DNA of 64,000 nt, taken from positions 2,031 through 66,030 of the forward strand of contig CAZLYB010000005.1 of assembly GCA_964563795.1 (NCBI GenBank), read 5' to 3'. The notes beneath the pieces were generated by a model. The model saw nothing but the letters and a program-made list of their open reading frames with translations, was not told the DNA's origin and searched no databases. The stretch's first letter is position 1. The number at the start of each line of letters is the position of its first letter. A program made the translations under genes and the position numbers. This DNA comes from an uncultured Bacteriovoracaceae bacterium. GTDB taxonomy: Bacteria; Bdellovibrionota; UBA1018. This document shows positions 28,414 to 37,781 of this stretch, one piece after another.

Positions 28414-28788
28414 CTATTTAGTGACTTTGTAGTGGCCCACGCCTTGGTAGATGGATGATTTTGGCGTGATGCTGATCAAGTGAAGTTTTTTTCCGCTCGA
28501 GAGGAGGAGGAGCTGGGCGTCTGCGAGATTTTCTCCATCAAGAAGGAGCTCTCCTTTGGGTTTTTGGGTTCGGGCATCCAGTAATTCGATGGCCAGGGGA
28601 TTGATGAGGGTGACTTCTCCGTTGCCAAGATTGATGCTGACTTGATGCTGAAAAGTAGAGCCAATGATGCTGCCGCTGAGTTCTTGGGCTTCTTCGGCGT
28701 TAGGAGCTTTGATGTAAATTCCTGCGTAAGCATTTGATTTTAAAATGAAAGAAAAGGCGATGACAGTAAGTGCGATGATTTTTTTCAT
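28414..28788 (-). CDS. Small secreted protein, unknown function
   Basis: The start MKKIIALTVIAFSFILKSNAYA is a clear Sec signal peptide. The track ORF extends to 28815. Confidence 0.5.
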   Translation of the reverse strand: MKKIIALTVIAFSFILKSNAYAGIYIKAPNAEEAQELSGSIIGSTFQHQVSINLGNGEVTLINPLAIELLDARTQKPKGELLLDGENLADAQLLLLSSGKKLHLISITPKSSIYQGVGHYKVTK

Positions 28789-28933
28789 AAATTCCTCTCT
28801 GAGAGAATGACGCATACCATAATGAGCGAAGCGTTTCAGTTGTTAAAGCCCGTCGAATGAGGCTTGACAGAGTCTTTATAATTAGTTAATAATTAATTAT
28901 ATTATTAATTTTAATTAACAAAAGGCATTTTAA

Positions 28934-29911
28934 ATGAAATTCTGGATTGGATTTAAGGGGTTAGCGGTTTACGGCTTGAGCGTTGGGATTTTGCTTCACG
29001 CACCTTCAGTTCACGCCGCGGGATCTAATACCTGCACCCCGAGTGCTTCAGGCCTTTCCACTCCTAAGCCTCTTCGTGAAGTCGTGCTGAGACCCGTGAG
29101 CACGCTTCCGTTTCAGCTCCCCAATGGGACGCGAGTCGACCTCAGCACTGATTTGAACACGATGCTGGGAACCGCGGTGACTCAAACGGGGATTTTCGCT
29201 CCGACCGATGGATTCAGCCTCAGCTCTGACCCCTGCGCTCAGAGGGTTGAGATCCGGGCGGCGGTGACGGCCATGCAATTCGACACGATGTCTGCCAACG
29301 TCCGCGTGAGCTTTGGTTACTCCCCTGCGGGAGAGACCCGGCTCAACCTCACGCAGCTCAGCGCGAGTGCGGGCGTGCGGGTGGGAACGATCGCGATGGA
29401 TTTCAGCGTCTGGCGCTGCGTGGGTTCGCGGTGCACCCAGATCGCGGCTCAGTCGGCCAACCAAGCGACCGTGGGGACGAACCTCAGTTTTCAAGTGGAT
29501 TTCAATCTCATCAAAACCGCCTCTGATCTGACCTGGAACACCGCTCTGGGCTCCCTGCTTGCGAAGATCATGAACAAGGGGCTGACAGCCCTGGCGAGTT
29601 CTACGCGGGTGGATCTGCTGCCCTGGAGCGCGTCGGTCCTGACTTATCGGCCGGAGTCGGGCTTGATTTACCTCGATGCCGGTTCATTCTCCCTGCTTGC
29701 GCCCAATCAGGCGCTTGAGATCGACACGCTGGAGCGCTCCTCCGGACAATGCGAAGTTTACAAGAGCGTCGCTTACGCGCACACGACGCAGGTGGATCTG
29801 ATGAGCAGCGAGGCTCAAGTCGACCAGATTTTTGATGCTCGGGGCGTTCGCGCCGGCGATGTGATCATGGTCCGCGTGGTTCCTGTTTCTTCAGCAGGCA
29901 GTAAGAAATAA
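28934..29911 (+). CDS. Secreted beta-rich protein, unknown function
   Basis: 325 aa with a signal peptide ending SVHA-AGS. It is Ser/Thr/Ala/Val-rich. Its stop overlaps the ATG of the next gene (TAATG). Confidence 0.55.
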   Translation: MKFWIGFKGLAVYGLSVGILLHAPSVHAAGSNTCTPSASGLSTPKPLREVVLRPVSTLPFQLPNGTRVDLSTDLNTMLGTAVTQTGIFAPTDGFSLSSDPCAQRVEIRAAVTAMQFDTMSANVRVSFGYSPAGETRLNLTQLSASAGVRVGTIAMDFSVWRCVGSRCTQIAAQSANQATVGTNLSFQVDFNLIKTASDLTWNTALGSLLAKIMNKGLTALASSTRVDLLPWSASVLTYRPESGLIYLDAGSFSLLAPNQALEIDTLERSSGQCEVYKSVAYAHTTQVDLMSSEAQVDQIFDARGVRAGDVIMVRVVPVSSAGSKK

Positions 29912-32214
29912 TGAGAAAAGCCCTTCTCGCGCTCGCCCTTTCCGCTTGGATCTGCGTTTTTGAGGCGCAGGGCGCGGCGAAAAAACCGCCCGCCGCACCA
30001 GAAGCTCTGTCCGCCGGCAAGCGGGTGATTGCGATCGAGCCGATTCAAAATGTCCGAATTGAGCTTCCGGATCAGCGATTCCATGATTTTGGATCGGATT
30101 TTCAGGCCGCCCTTTCGACGCGGCTGGAGCAGAGCGGGAAATTCATCGTCGTGGATCCCGAGCCTGTCGATCTGGCCGGCCGTGCTCAGCTCAAGCGCGC
30201 CGGCGTGGCGAGCGAATTCCACTGGCCTTCCAGCTCCGTGCCCGCCGCCACGGTGAGATTCGTCGTCGAGGCTTTGAGTTTGCAGACGGGCTCTCGAGGC
30301 GGGCGGATGTTCTACGGCTTCAATCCCGAATTTCGGACGGAATTCAACAACGGCGTGAACTCGCTCCCCAATGAATTCCCGCTTTCAAGCGTGCAGTTTC
30401 AGTCCAATTGGTTTGACCGGACTTTTGATTCCAAGGGGAGCGCGCCTTTTGATTCCCTCTCAGGACTTGATTTGGGCGAAGGGTTTCAAATTCAAGCGCT
30501 CGCCGCTTGGCTCGATGTGAAGTACGCCACCTATCAATCCCGGCTTCAGTTGCGAGTCGAGGTGGACGCTCCTTTGATCGGGCGCTCCGATGCGCGCGCC
30601 ATTCAGGTCAATGGGAAGGGGTACTTCTTCGACCTCTCGGGGGCGTATCTCCAATACAGCGCGGGAATCCAAGTGGCCCGCTCCGATGCCATGCTTCAAG
30701 CGATGCGAAAGGCCGTGGACGGGGCCTACGAAGCCATTGAGCGATCTTTTTCGGATTTGCCGTTGACCGCGCGAATCGATGCCACCTTGCCCGATCAAGG
30801 CGACCAGATCCTGCTCGGGACGGGCTTTAACGCCCAGATTGTTCCGGGGACTCAATATGAAGTGATTGGCAGCCGCTCCTCAGCGGGTCAGCCCTCCTTG
30901 ATTGAGGTAGTGGAAAGTCTTGAGGATGGGGCAGTCGCCAAGTGGGTTTCGGGTCCTCGCGATTGGGTTCAGCCAGGCGCATTGGTTTTGCAAAAAGGAT
31001 TCGAAGCGGCTCCAGCGGCTGAGGAGCTCGTCGCGCGGAAGGCTCCTGAATCTCGCCTCTCGGTGGCCTCGATCCAAGCGGCTTCTGCTTCAGCGAATTC
31101 TTTTCAGGCGCGTGAACTCGTCGCCTCGGAGACCGTGGATCTGCCCTGGACGAACCTTAAAAAAGCGGACTTAAAGGGAGTCATTCGGGAAACACCGCTC
31201 TGGAAGGCCATTTTAAAAAGCCTCGTGCAAAGCTGGACGCTGCCATATCGGATCTGGAGGTTTTTTCAGTACGATCGCGGGTACCAGGTTTCCGCGGATG
31301 GCGCGTTTTCAGAGCAGGGGAGCGGCGAGAGCTCAGTCGAAAAAGGATTGATGGATTGGGTGAGGGCGTCGCGCTCGGAGCCTTGGGCGCAGCAAATCGG
31401 AGCGTCGTCCTTGCCTCTCGGTCAGCCCGCCAATTCGGATGGCCCGCTGGTGGCGGTTCTTGATAGCGGCGTGGATTACAATCACCCCATTTTGCACGAT
31501 TCGATTTTTGAGGATCGGGGAAGCCGGGGTTGGGATTTTATTTCTGGGGATGAGCGCCCTTATGATGATCATTATCACGGGACGGAAGTGGCGAGTTTGA
31601 TTTTGGCCGTCGCTCCCCAGGCCCGGATCCTGCCGGTGAAAGTATTTAACCCCTACGGGATCACGGATTCAGCGGCTCTATTGGCGGGATTTCAATACGC
31701 CTTGAAGCAAGGGGCGAAGGTCATCGTCTGCGCTTGGGCGACTCGGGTTTATTCCAAGGCGATTGAGCTGGGAGTCCAACAGGCTCAAGAGCAGGGAGTC
31801 CTCGTGATCGCCGCAGCGGGGGATCGTGGGGATTCGCTTCGGGATGTTCCCGCTTATCCCGCGGCTTGGTCCAGTCGCTATGATAACGTGCTGACCGCGG
31901 TTTCGGTCGACCCTCAAGATCGCCTCGTGCAAGTCTCGGGACGCTGGTCAAATTTTGATCCTCAAGGGGTCACGATCGCCGCCCCTGGGCTTCAGATTCG
32001 AGTTGCCAACCCCAGAAATCGAAAGGATTGGAGCACTTCTACCTCGATGTCAGCCGCTTTGGTGGCGGGAGCTGCGCTTCGCATCCTCCAGGAGCCTTCT
32101 GCGAGGCATCTGCAAGCCCCTCAGCTTCGTCAGCAACTCATGGATGAGGCGGATCGCGTCGCTTCGCTCGGGGCTCAAGTGGCGGGCGGATTGCGATTGA
32201 GGCTCAGGAAATAA
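29911..32214 (+). CDS. Secreted S8 subtilisin-like peptidase with a large N-terminal non-protease region
   Basis: 767 aa with a signal peptide. The C-terminal roughly 280 aa carry the S8 triad contexts VAVLDSGVDYNHP, HGTEVASL and STSMSAALVAGAA. The N-terminal roughly 60-aa stretch KRVIAIEPIQN...FQAALSTRLEQSGKFIVVD is reminiscent of CsgG/LpoB-like lipoprotein folds, but this is weak. Confidence 0.75.
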   Translation: MRKALLALALSAWICVFEAQGAAKKPPAAPEALSAGKRVIAIEPIQNVRIELPDQRFHDFGSDFQAALSTRLEQSGKFIVVDPEPVDLAGRAQLKRAGVASEFHWPSSSVPAATVRFVVEALSLQTGSRGGRMFYGFNPEFRTEFNNGVNSLPNEFPLSSVQFQSNWFDRTFDSKGSAPFDSLSGLDLGEGFQIQALAAWLDVKYATYQSRLQLRVEVDAPLIGRSDARAIQVNGKGYFFDLSGAYLQYSAGIQVARSDAMLQAMRKAVDGAYEAIERSFSDLPLTARIDATLPDQGDQILLGTGFNAQIVPGTQYEVIGSRSSAGQPSLIEVVESLEDGAVAKWVSGPRDWVQPGALVLQKGFEAAPAAEELVARKAPESRLSVASIQAASASANSFQARELVASETVDLPWTNLKKADLKGVIRETPLWKAILKSLVQSWTLPYRIWRFFQYDRGYQVSADGAFSEQGSGESSVEKGLMDWVRASRSEPWAQQIGASSLPLGQPANSDGPLVAVLDSGVDYNHPILHDSIFEDRGSRGWDFISGDERPYDDHYHGTEVASLILAVAPQARILPVKVFNPYGITDSAALLAGFQYALKQGAKVIVCAWATRVYSKAIELGVQQAQEQGVLVIAAAGDRGDSLRDVPAYPAAWSSRYDNVLTAVSVDPQDRLVQVSGRWSNFDPQGVTIAAPGLQIRVANPRNRKDWSTSTSMSAALVAGAALRILQEPSARHLQAPQLRQQLMDEADRVASLGAQVAGGLRLRLRK

Positions 32215-32227
32215 AGCGTGCTGAAGC

Positions 32228-34024
32228 TTATTGAGTGGATCGAGGAAGAGCGCTTTTAGTGGCGTCGATTCCGGTTCGAAGCGCACCGCCTGGCAGCGTA
32301 TTGATGACGAGCTGGGAGTGCGAGATCGGCGGCTTTCCCGACGAGTAGAGTTGAAGGTACAGGAAGTAGTTTCTGACGATTGAAGCCACGTATTCCCGGG
32401 TTTCCCGAAAAGGAATCAAATCCAAAAAAAGCAATCGATCGGTGACGGGATAGCGCTTCACCCAGGTATCCACGTGATCAGGTCCCGCGTTATAGGCAGC
32501 GAGCGCAAGCTCCGCATCCCCTTCGTAACGAGCCAGAAGCCCCGAGAAGAATCGGACGCCGAGTCTGACGTTGGTTTTTGCGTCGAAAAGCGCTTTCTTC
32601 GGGACGTGTTCCATTTTTTTAGCGGTATTGGGCATGAGCTGCATGAGCCCCATGGCTCCGGCTGGGCTTCGAGCCCGTTCATTGAAGGCGCTCTCCTGAC
32701 GAATGAGGGAGAGGATCAGATAGGGGTCGATTTTCGTTTGAAAGGGCTCAATAAGCTCAAAGCGGTATCGGGGATACATCATGCCGAGCGTGACCTTGGA
32801 GAGGGTCGAGGCGTCTTGGCGGAAGGATTCCGCGAGCACTTGAAATTTGCGGATGACGTCGCCGGAGCGTTTCAAAAGAACCGCGAGATACAGCTTAAAT
32901 CCCGCTTCCGTGGGGGCGGCTTCGCTCAAGATTTTTTCCAGGATGGGCATCGCGGAGCTGAGCTTGCCCAGGGATTGGAGCGTTTCGACAGCTTGGATGT
33001 TGAGGTTCAGCTCGGGTTTGATTTGAGAGCGAAACAAGATCTCGGGGTCGCGATCCGAAAAATGGGAGAGTTCCTTGGAAGTGATCGCGAGCAAGCCATG
33101 GAGGCTTAAGGGATAGCTTCGAGTCAATTGCTCAAGCGAATGGGCAGCGCTTCGAGAAGAAGCGCCCTGGGGGTTGAGCTTCTTCTGGCAATAAATCCTC
33201 CAGTAGAAGGATCGGGACTGGTATTCCGTGGCTTCGGGGCGTTCCAAAATTTTGGCGAAAAGAGCGTCGGCATCCTCAAAGCGATTTTCCCAAAGACTCA
33301 AAAGTCCTAGCCGGTAAGCCGCCTTGGTGGCTGAAAGATCAGTCCCGCAGCCCGCTGCCCTCTTGTAGAGCTGAATCGCGAGCTCGCGATATGCCGGATC
33401 CGGGAAGGACTCTTCGGCTTTTAGCCCGAGAGTGGTGGCGAGCGGTCCCATGGAGCAGTCCTTGGATTCCAGGACTTTTTTGGCGACTTCCTGCAGGGAG
33501 GAATAACCTTGAAATCGCTTCAGCGCGCGAATCAAGAAGACTTCCGAAGCCTCGCTCAGAGTTTTGAGGTCGGCGCTCTCAAAGGCCTGAGTGAGGGAGG
33601 AGAGCGTTTTTTTCGTGGCCTTATCCAGACGGGTCGAGGGGTCTCGTCCCTCTGAGGGCAGGATCAAGAGGCAAAAAGGATTGATGCCCACTTCGGTGGC
33701 GCAGTCATCGATGAGTTTTTCCTTGAGGGAGCGCTGAGTTTTCGAGCGGTTTTGGGCGATTTGCAGGTAAAGGGAGGCGTCATCCTGAAGCTGGCTTTTG
33801 ATTTCCTCAGGCTCGTGCATGAGGCCGCTCAGGCTTTCGTCTTTGAGGATCTGACTCAGCAGGACTTTGGGCAGCGGGGGGCCCATCTCGCTCACGGGCG
33901 GGGTGGCCGGGTCCATGCGCTCAGGCTCGATGAAGCCCGGCTGGGCGGCCGCGCTCCAGAAGATCCCGGGAAGCGCGCCTAGGATGAAAAATAAGGGTGG
34001 GTGGCTCGTTTTTCTCATCAGCAC
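32228..34024 (-). CDS. Soluble lytic murein transglycosylase (Slt70-like)
   Basis: 598 aa with a signal peptide, a long helical N-terminal region and a C-terminal SLT domain (IRQESAFNERARSPAGAMGLMQLMP, AAYNAGP). Confidence 0.85.
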   Translation of the reverse strand: MLMRKTSHPPLFFILGALPGIFWSAAAQPGFIEPERMDPATPPVSEMGPPLPKVLLSQILKDESLSGLMHEPEEIKSQLQDDASLYLQIAQNRSKTQRSLKEKLIDDCATEVGINPFCLLILPSEGRDPSTRLDKATKKTLSSLTQAFESADLKTLSEASEVFLIRALKRFQGYSSLQEVAKKVLESKDCSMGPLATTLGLKAEESFPDPAYRELAIQLYKRAAGCGTDLSATKAAYRLGLLSLWENRFEDADALFAKILERPEATEYQSRSFYWRIYCQKKLNPQGASSRSAAHSLEQLTRSYPLSLHGLLAITSKELSHFSDRDPEILFRSQIKPELNLNIQAVETLQSLGKLSSAMPILEKILSEAAPTEAGFKLYLAVLLKRSGDVIRKFQVLAESFRQDASTLSKVTLGMMYPRYRFELIEPFQTKIDPYLILSLIRQESAFNERARSPAGAMGLMQLMPNTAKKMEHVPKKALFDAKTNVRLGVRFFSGLLARYEGDAELALAAYNAGPDHVDTWVKRYPVTDRLLFLDLIPFRETREYVASIVRNYFLYLQLYSSGKPPISHSQLVINTLPGGALRTGIDATKSALPRSTQ

Positions 34025-34259
34025 TCTTGTTTGGGTTCGGCTTTTGGGGGCACTAACTTGATCATTATGAATGAACTGAGGGGCGGATCAAGGAAGAAGG
34101 ACGGGGTCAAGAAATTGGCTGGCTGCTTCTGAGAATGAAGCGTCGTCTCGGTTGCGGAAAAAAAATCGTTCGCGAGCGTTGATTTTGGGGGGGAGTGTGG
34201 TATTTCGACCCCTCCTTTAAGCAGGGGTGGGTTTCAGCAACAAAAGATGAGGCAACCGG

Positions 34260-37200
34260 GTGGGGCGCGATCGATTTTTTTATTTAAAGAAAATTCAAAA
34301 TCATTTGAGGCAAATCCTCGTTTTGACGCTTTGTTTTCAAGTGAGCCTACCTCTCGGCGTGGTCTTGCGTCCCTCCGCTTCCGTCGCGATCGCAGGCCCT
34401 GAAGATGAATTGCGGGAGGTCCTTGCCGGCCTTGATACCACCGACGCGACGCAGCCCCCTCCGCGAGTTGACCCTTCCCATTTGTCTGGGCAGCGGCTCA
34501 AGATTACTCTCTCCGATGGCACCGTTGAGTTTGACGGGTCATTGGATGAGCTCGATCTCAGTCGCCCTTCCATTGCGATCGGGGATTTTTCCAAAGTCCA
34601 AGTCGCCGTTACTCCGGAGGGACTTGTTTTCACGATGTCGCTCAAAGGAGGCAAGATCGCTCAGCAGCTGATTCCACTGCCAGGGATTGTCGCAACGACG
34701 AGATTGCAGGGAGACCGGGAGTTTTTCGCCGTAATGGATGATCAGGGCCGGGTTTTGGTGATGGATGCGGGACTCATGCCTGGAACCCTCTTTGATGCGC
34801 CTCAGCTCGCCAATTTCGTGGTTCAGCTCCGCCTTTCTCCAGGACAAGCGCAGAATGCGCGATTGAACTTCGTCTCAAGGGGATTGAGGCCGGTTTCATC
34901 GGGCTTGGATCAAGTCAGTGACGGGGGAGATTTACTCATCACGGATCATTCCTCAGGGAGCGCGGTTCCGCTTTCAGCTCCGATCAGCCGCGATGTTTTG
35001 CATGCAAAAGTCGCGGAAGCCGAAGCGCTCACCGCGGTGACGAATCTCCTCGCTGGTCCCCGGGCTCAGTCCGGCGGGCTCGTGCGCACCGTGTTTGCTC
35101 TTTTAAGGGATCGTGAATTGGTCGCCGCTTACCGGGAGTTGACCCAGACGATGGATCCCGCTTTAGCTCGCACGTTTCAAAGCTTGAGCACCAGAATGGT
35201 GACGAGCTTGCTCGCTCGAGCCAGCGTCAACCAAAGCCAGCAAACCCAGAACCGCTCTCGAGTGAAGGATCGAATATCGAGGAAAGGGTGGGTCGATTCT
35301 TATGAAAAGATTCAGGCGAAGGCCCGGCAGATGCTTGAGAGAAAGAATAGCTTTTTTCAAAAAGTCAGGCAGAAGATCGGCTTTTACAAAAACGGCGAGC
35401 TGACCCCAGCGTTAGCCGAGAATATGCAGGCAGGACTGGACAACGGTGATTTTGCCGAGATGACGCCGCTTTTGATCGAAGCCGTCTTGAAAGACGCGAC
35501 CCAAGGTAAAAAAACATGGAAGGATTTTTTGACTCCCCAAGTCTTGCGCTGGTCCGCGGCTTTGGCGGGAGGAGTCGCAGTCGGAGCAGGTTCAGGATGG
35601 ATGATGCGGCATGGTTTCATGCCGCATTGGATTCAATTCACGCTTCATCGCGCTTATCACCTCTTTACGCCCGATGTCCTTCAGGATCGCCCCTACAGTA
35701 TTACGCTTTTGAAAAGCGCGGCCTCGCTCGTGACTCTGACGATTCCCGTCATGTTCACGCTGACGTGGGCGGCTTCAGCGATGATGAGATGGAAGCTGGG
35801 TCCCAGTGGCGCTTTTGTGAGGACGGGCAATCGACTCAATGCCGAGGTTTTTTATCCAATTTATCATCGGTTGATCGGGTTTTTTAGGCAACCCAATCTC
35901 ATGGTGGCGGCGCAAAATGATCTTCCTTCCAGCAGAAGAGTCACCCCGAGTTCAACGTTAGGGCAGAGGTTTAATCTCGATCAAAACTTTCGCCTAGGGC
36001 TGATGAATCCTTTTCAAAGCCGAGAGTCATTCGAAGCTGAAAAAGAGTTGAAATTAAAGCTTCTGACTGGGGCTGCCCGAGCTGAGCAAGACCGTCGAGC
36101 AACCGCCATGGCCCTGGCTTTGATGATCGTGAGCACCGAGAACGGCGAGATCGATCCTGCGGCGCTGGCCATCGCGATCGGGGAAAGCGGGGATTCAGGC
36201 GTGATTCCTGAGACGATTTATGCGCGTTTAGCGGAGGACCCCGCGCTTTGGAAAAAGTACGAGCAAGCGCATGAAGAGCTCATTCGCATGATGGAACGGC
36301 TTCAACTCAATGGCGCCCCTCTGCTGAGCCAAATCGACCCTCAGGAGCTCAGTCATTATTTATCGGCGGCTCAGGTCGTCGCGCGGCAATTGACGGTGGA
36401 GAAAAACAAGCCCGTGCTTGAAAAGTGCGCTCGGCTTTGGAGAAAGGCGACTCGAGCGCTGAGAGTGGGGAGCGCGAGTTTTGCGGTGAATGAGCGCCGC
36501 TTTTTGAAAGTTTATGAGGCGAGTGATTTCGTCAAGCGGCTCGTGACCCAGTCTTACATTATCGACCAGCTCATCGTTATTTTTCAGGTGGCCTTATTTA
36601 GCGAACGCGCGAACCTCAAAAATCCTTCAGCTCTCTTTGCGGATGCGAATGGCCCAGCTTACACGAATAAGGGTTTTTTCGCGGAGATGATCGAACAAAC
36701 TTTGATCGGCTGGCTGGCCTTTAGCTCTCAAATCGCGCTCGTGTATGGAAGGGCGGCTAAAATTACGGAATCTCGTTACGATGCGCCTCAGTACCAAGAG
36801 TCTTTGGGGGATGAAAAGACGGAGAGTTTTTTTAGCGGCATCCTGGATTATGTCATGAACGCCCTTAACCTCAAAGAGGCCGATTATGCGCGGCGAGTCT
36901 TTTTGAAGCGCCTTACGAGCAGCCTCAGCACAGTCCAATCGGGCTGGATCTTTGGTGTCTTTTCTCGAGTTGCTTCCGGCGTGCAGACCTTCACTCAGGC
37001 TCAGCTGCCTTGGCTAGCAGTCTACATCGCAAGCACCCCGGTTTTTGGATGGATCTGGGGATTGTCACGAGGGCTTGAAATGTCCGAGGATAAAATGGGC
37101 GCGCGAAAAGAAGAGTGGGACAATATCCGCGTCAGACTCATGCAAGGATTGGAGATCCAGGATGACGCTCAGATTCGAAGCGCTGTCCAAGAACTCAGGG

Positions 37201-37778
37201 CCATCTACGCCCGGGAAGGCGTCGCGCTCCCTGAGGTTTTGCAGACGAATCTCGCGCAGGTGGAGCAGTTTTTCTCGCTCTCCGGATCTGAGCGCGTGCT
37301 CGTGAATGACTGGTTCAATGAGGGGATCAAAGCGCTGATGGAGCTCGATCGGGCTCTCCACGCTGAGGAAGGAGGCGATGAAGCGGTCGCCCAGGCGGAG
37401 GCTCAGCTTCGGGCGCGATATCAGGAGAGCCCAATAGAACTTTTGGAGCGCGTGAATCAGCTGCGGGGGGAGGCGCTTTTGGAGTACGCCCGAAAAAATC
37501 CCCCTTATAACACTAAAATTCATGGTCTCGTGAGTTGGGGAGTGAATGCTTTTATCGCGATCGCAACCACGATGCTTGCGGTTCCGCTTTACGTTTTTTC
37601 ATTCAGGCCCGATGTGAATTGGGGGTTTTGGTTGCCTGCCATGACCGCTTATGCGGGCGCGTTTTATACGAGCGCCTATTATGGGCTAGATTACCTGGCG
37701 AAAAAATTCCCGCTTTTCCGAGGCGAAGTCGACCCCCGCAAGACCTGGAGCCGCTGCCGGCAAGCGCTCCGGCTTTAA
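34260..37778 (+). CDS. Large (1172 aa) polytopic membrane protein, unknown function
   Basis: A single long ORF with a GTG start and an N-terminal signal/anchor. It has several hydrophobic clusters around residues 430-520, 800-830, 900-950 and 1100-1150, separated by helical soluble regions. I recognise no catalytic motifs. Confidence 0.6.
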   Translation: MGRDRFFYLKKIQNHLRQILVLTLCFQVSLPLGVVLRPSASVAIAGPEDELREVLAGLDTTDATQPPPRVDPSHLSGQRLKITLSDGTVEFDGSLDELDLSRPSIAIGDFSKVQVAVTPEGLVFTMSLKGGKIAQQLIPLPGIVATTRLQGDREFFAVMDDQGRVLVMDAGLMPGTLFDAPQLANFVVQLRLSPGQAQNARLNFVSRGLRPVSSGLDQVSDGGDLLITDHSSGSAVPLSAPISRDVLHAKVAEAEALTAVTNLLAGPRAQSGGLVRTVFALLRDRELVAAYRELTQTMDPALARTFQSLSTRMVTSLLARASVNQSQQTQNRSRVKDRISRKGWVDSYEKIQAKARQMLERKNSFFQKVRQKIGFYKNGELTPALAENMQAGLDNGDFAEMTPLLIEAVLKDATQGKKTWKDFLTPQVLRWSAALAGGVAVGAGSGWMMRHGFMPHWIQFTLHRAYHLFTPDVLQDRPYSITLLKSAASLVTLTIPVMFTLTWAASAMMRWKLGPSGAFVRTGNRLNAEVFYPIYHRLIGFFRQPNLMVAAQNDLPSSRRVTPSSTLGQRFNLDQNFRLGLMNPFQSRESFEAEKELKLKLLTGAARAEQDRRATAMALALMIVSTENGEIDPAALAIAIGESGDSGVIPETIYARLAEDPALWKKYEQAHEELIRMMERLQLNGAPLLSQIDPQELSHYLSAAQVVARQLTVEKNKPVLEKCARLWRKATRALRVGSASFAVNERRFLKVYEASDFVKRLVTQSYIIDQLIVIFQVALFSERANLKNPSALFADANGPAYTNKGFFAEMIEQTLIGWLAFSSQIALVYGRAAKITESRYDAPQYQESLGDEKTESFFSGILDYVMNALNLKEADYARRVFLKRLTSSLSTVQSGWIFGVFSRVASGVQTFTQAQLPWLAVYIASTPVFGWIWGLSRGLEMSEDKMGARKEEWDNIRVRLMQGLEIQDDAQIRSAVQELRAIYAREGVALPEVLQTNLAQVEQFFSLSGSERVLVNDWFNEGIKALMELDRALHAEEGGDEAVAQAEAQLRARYQESPIELLERVNQLRGEALLEYARKNPPYNTKIHGLVSWGVNAFIAIATTMLAVPLYVFSFRPDVNWGFWLPAMTAYAGAFYTSAYYGLDYLAKKFPLFRGEVDPRKTWSRCRQALRL

Positions 37779-37781
37779 AGG

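Noticed and set aside
28870-28925. AT-rich tract with repeated TTAAT units upstream of the secreted-protein/S8 operon, considered as a palindromic operator.
   Set aside because: The apparent palindromes are imperfect (ttaataattaa is not self-complementary). The pattern is indistinguishable from low-complexity AT-rich promoter or UP-element DNA. A possible TTGACA at 28864-28869 with TAATAA 17 nt downstream is noted only as a weak promoter guess.
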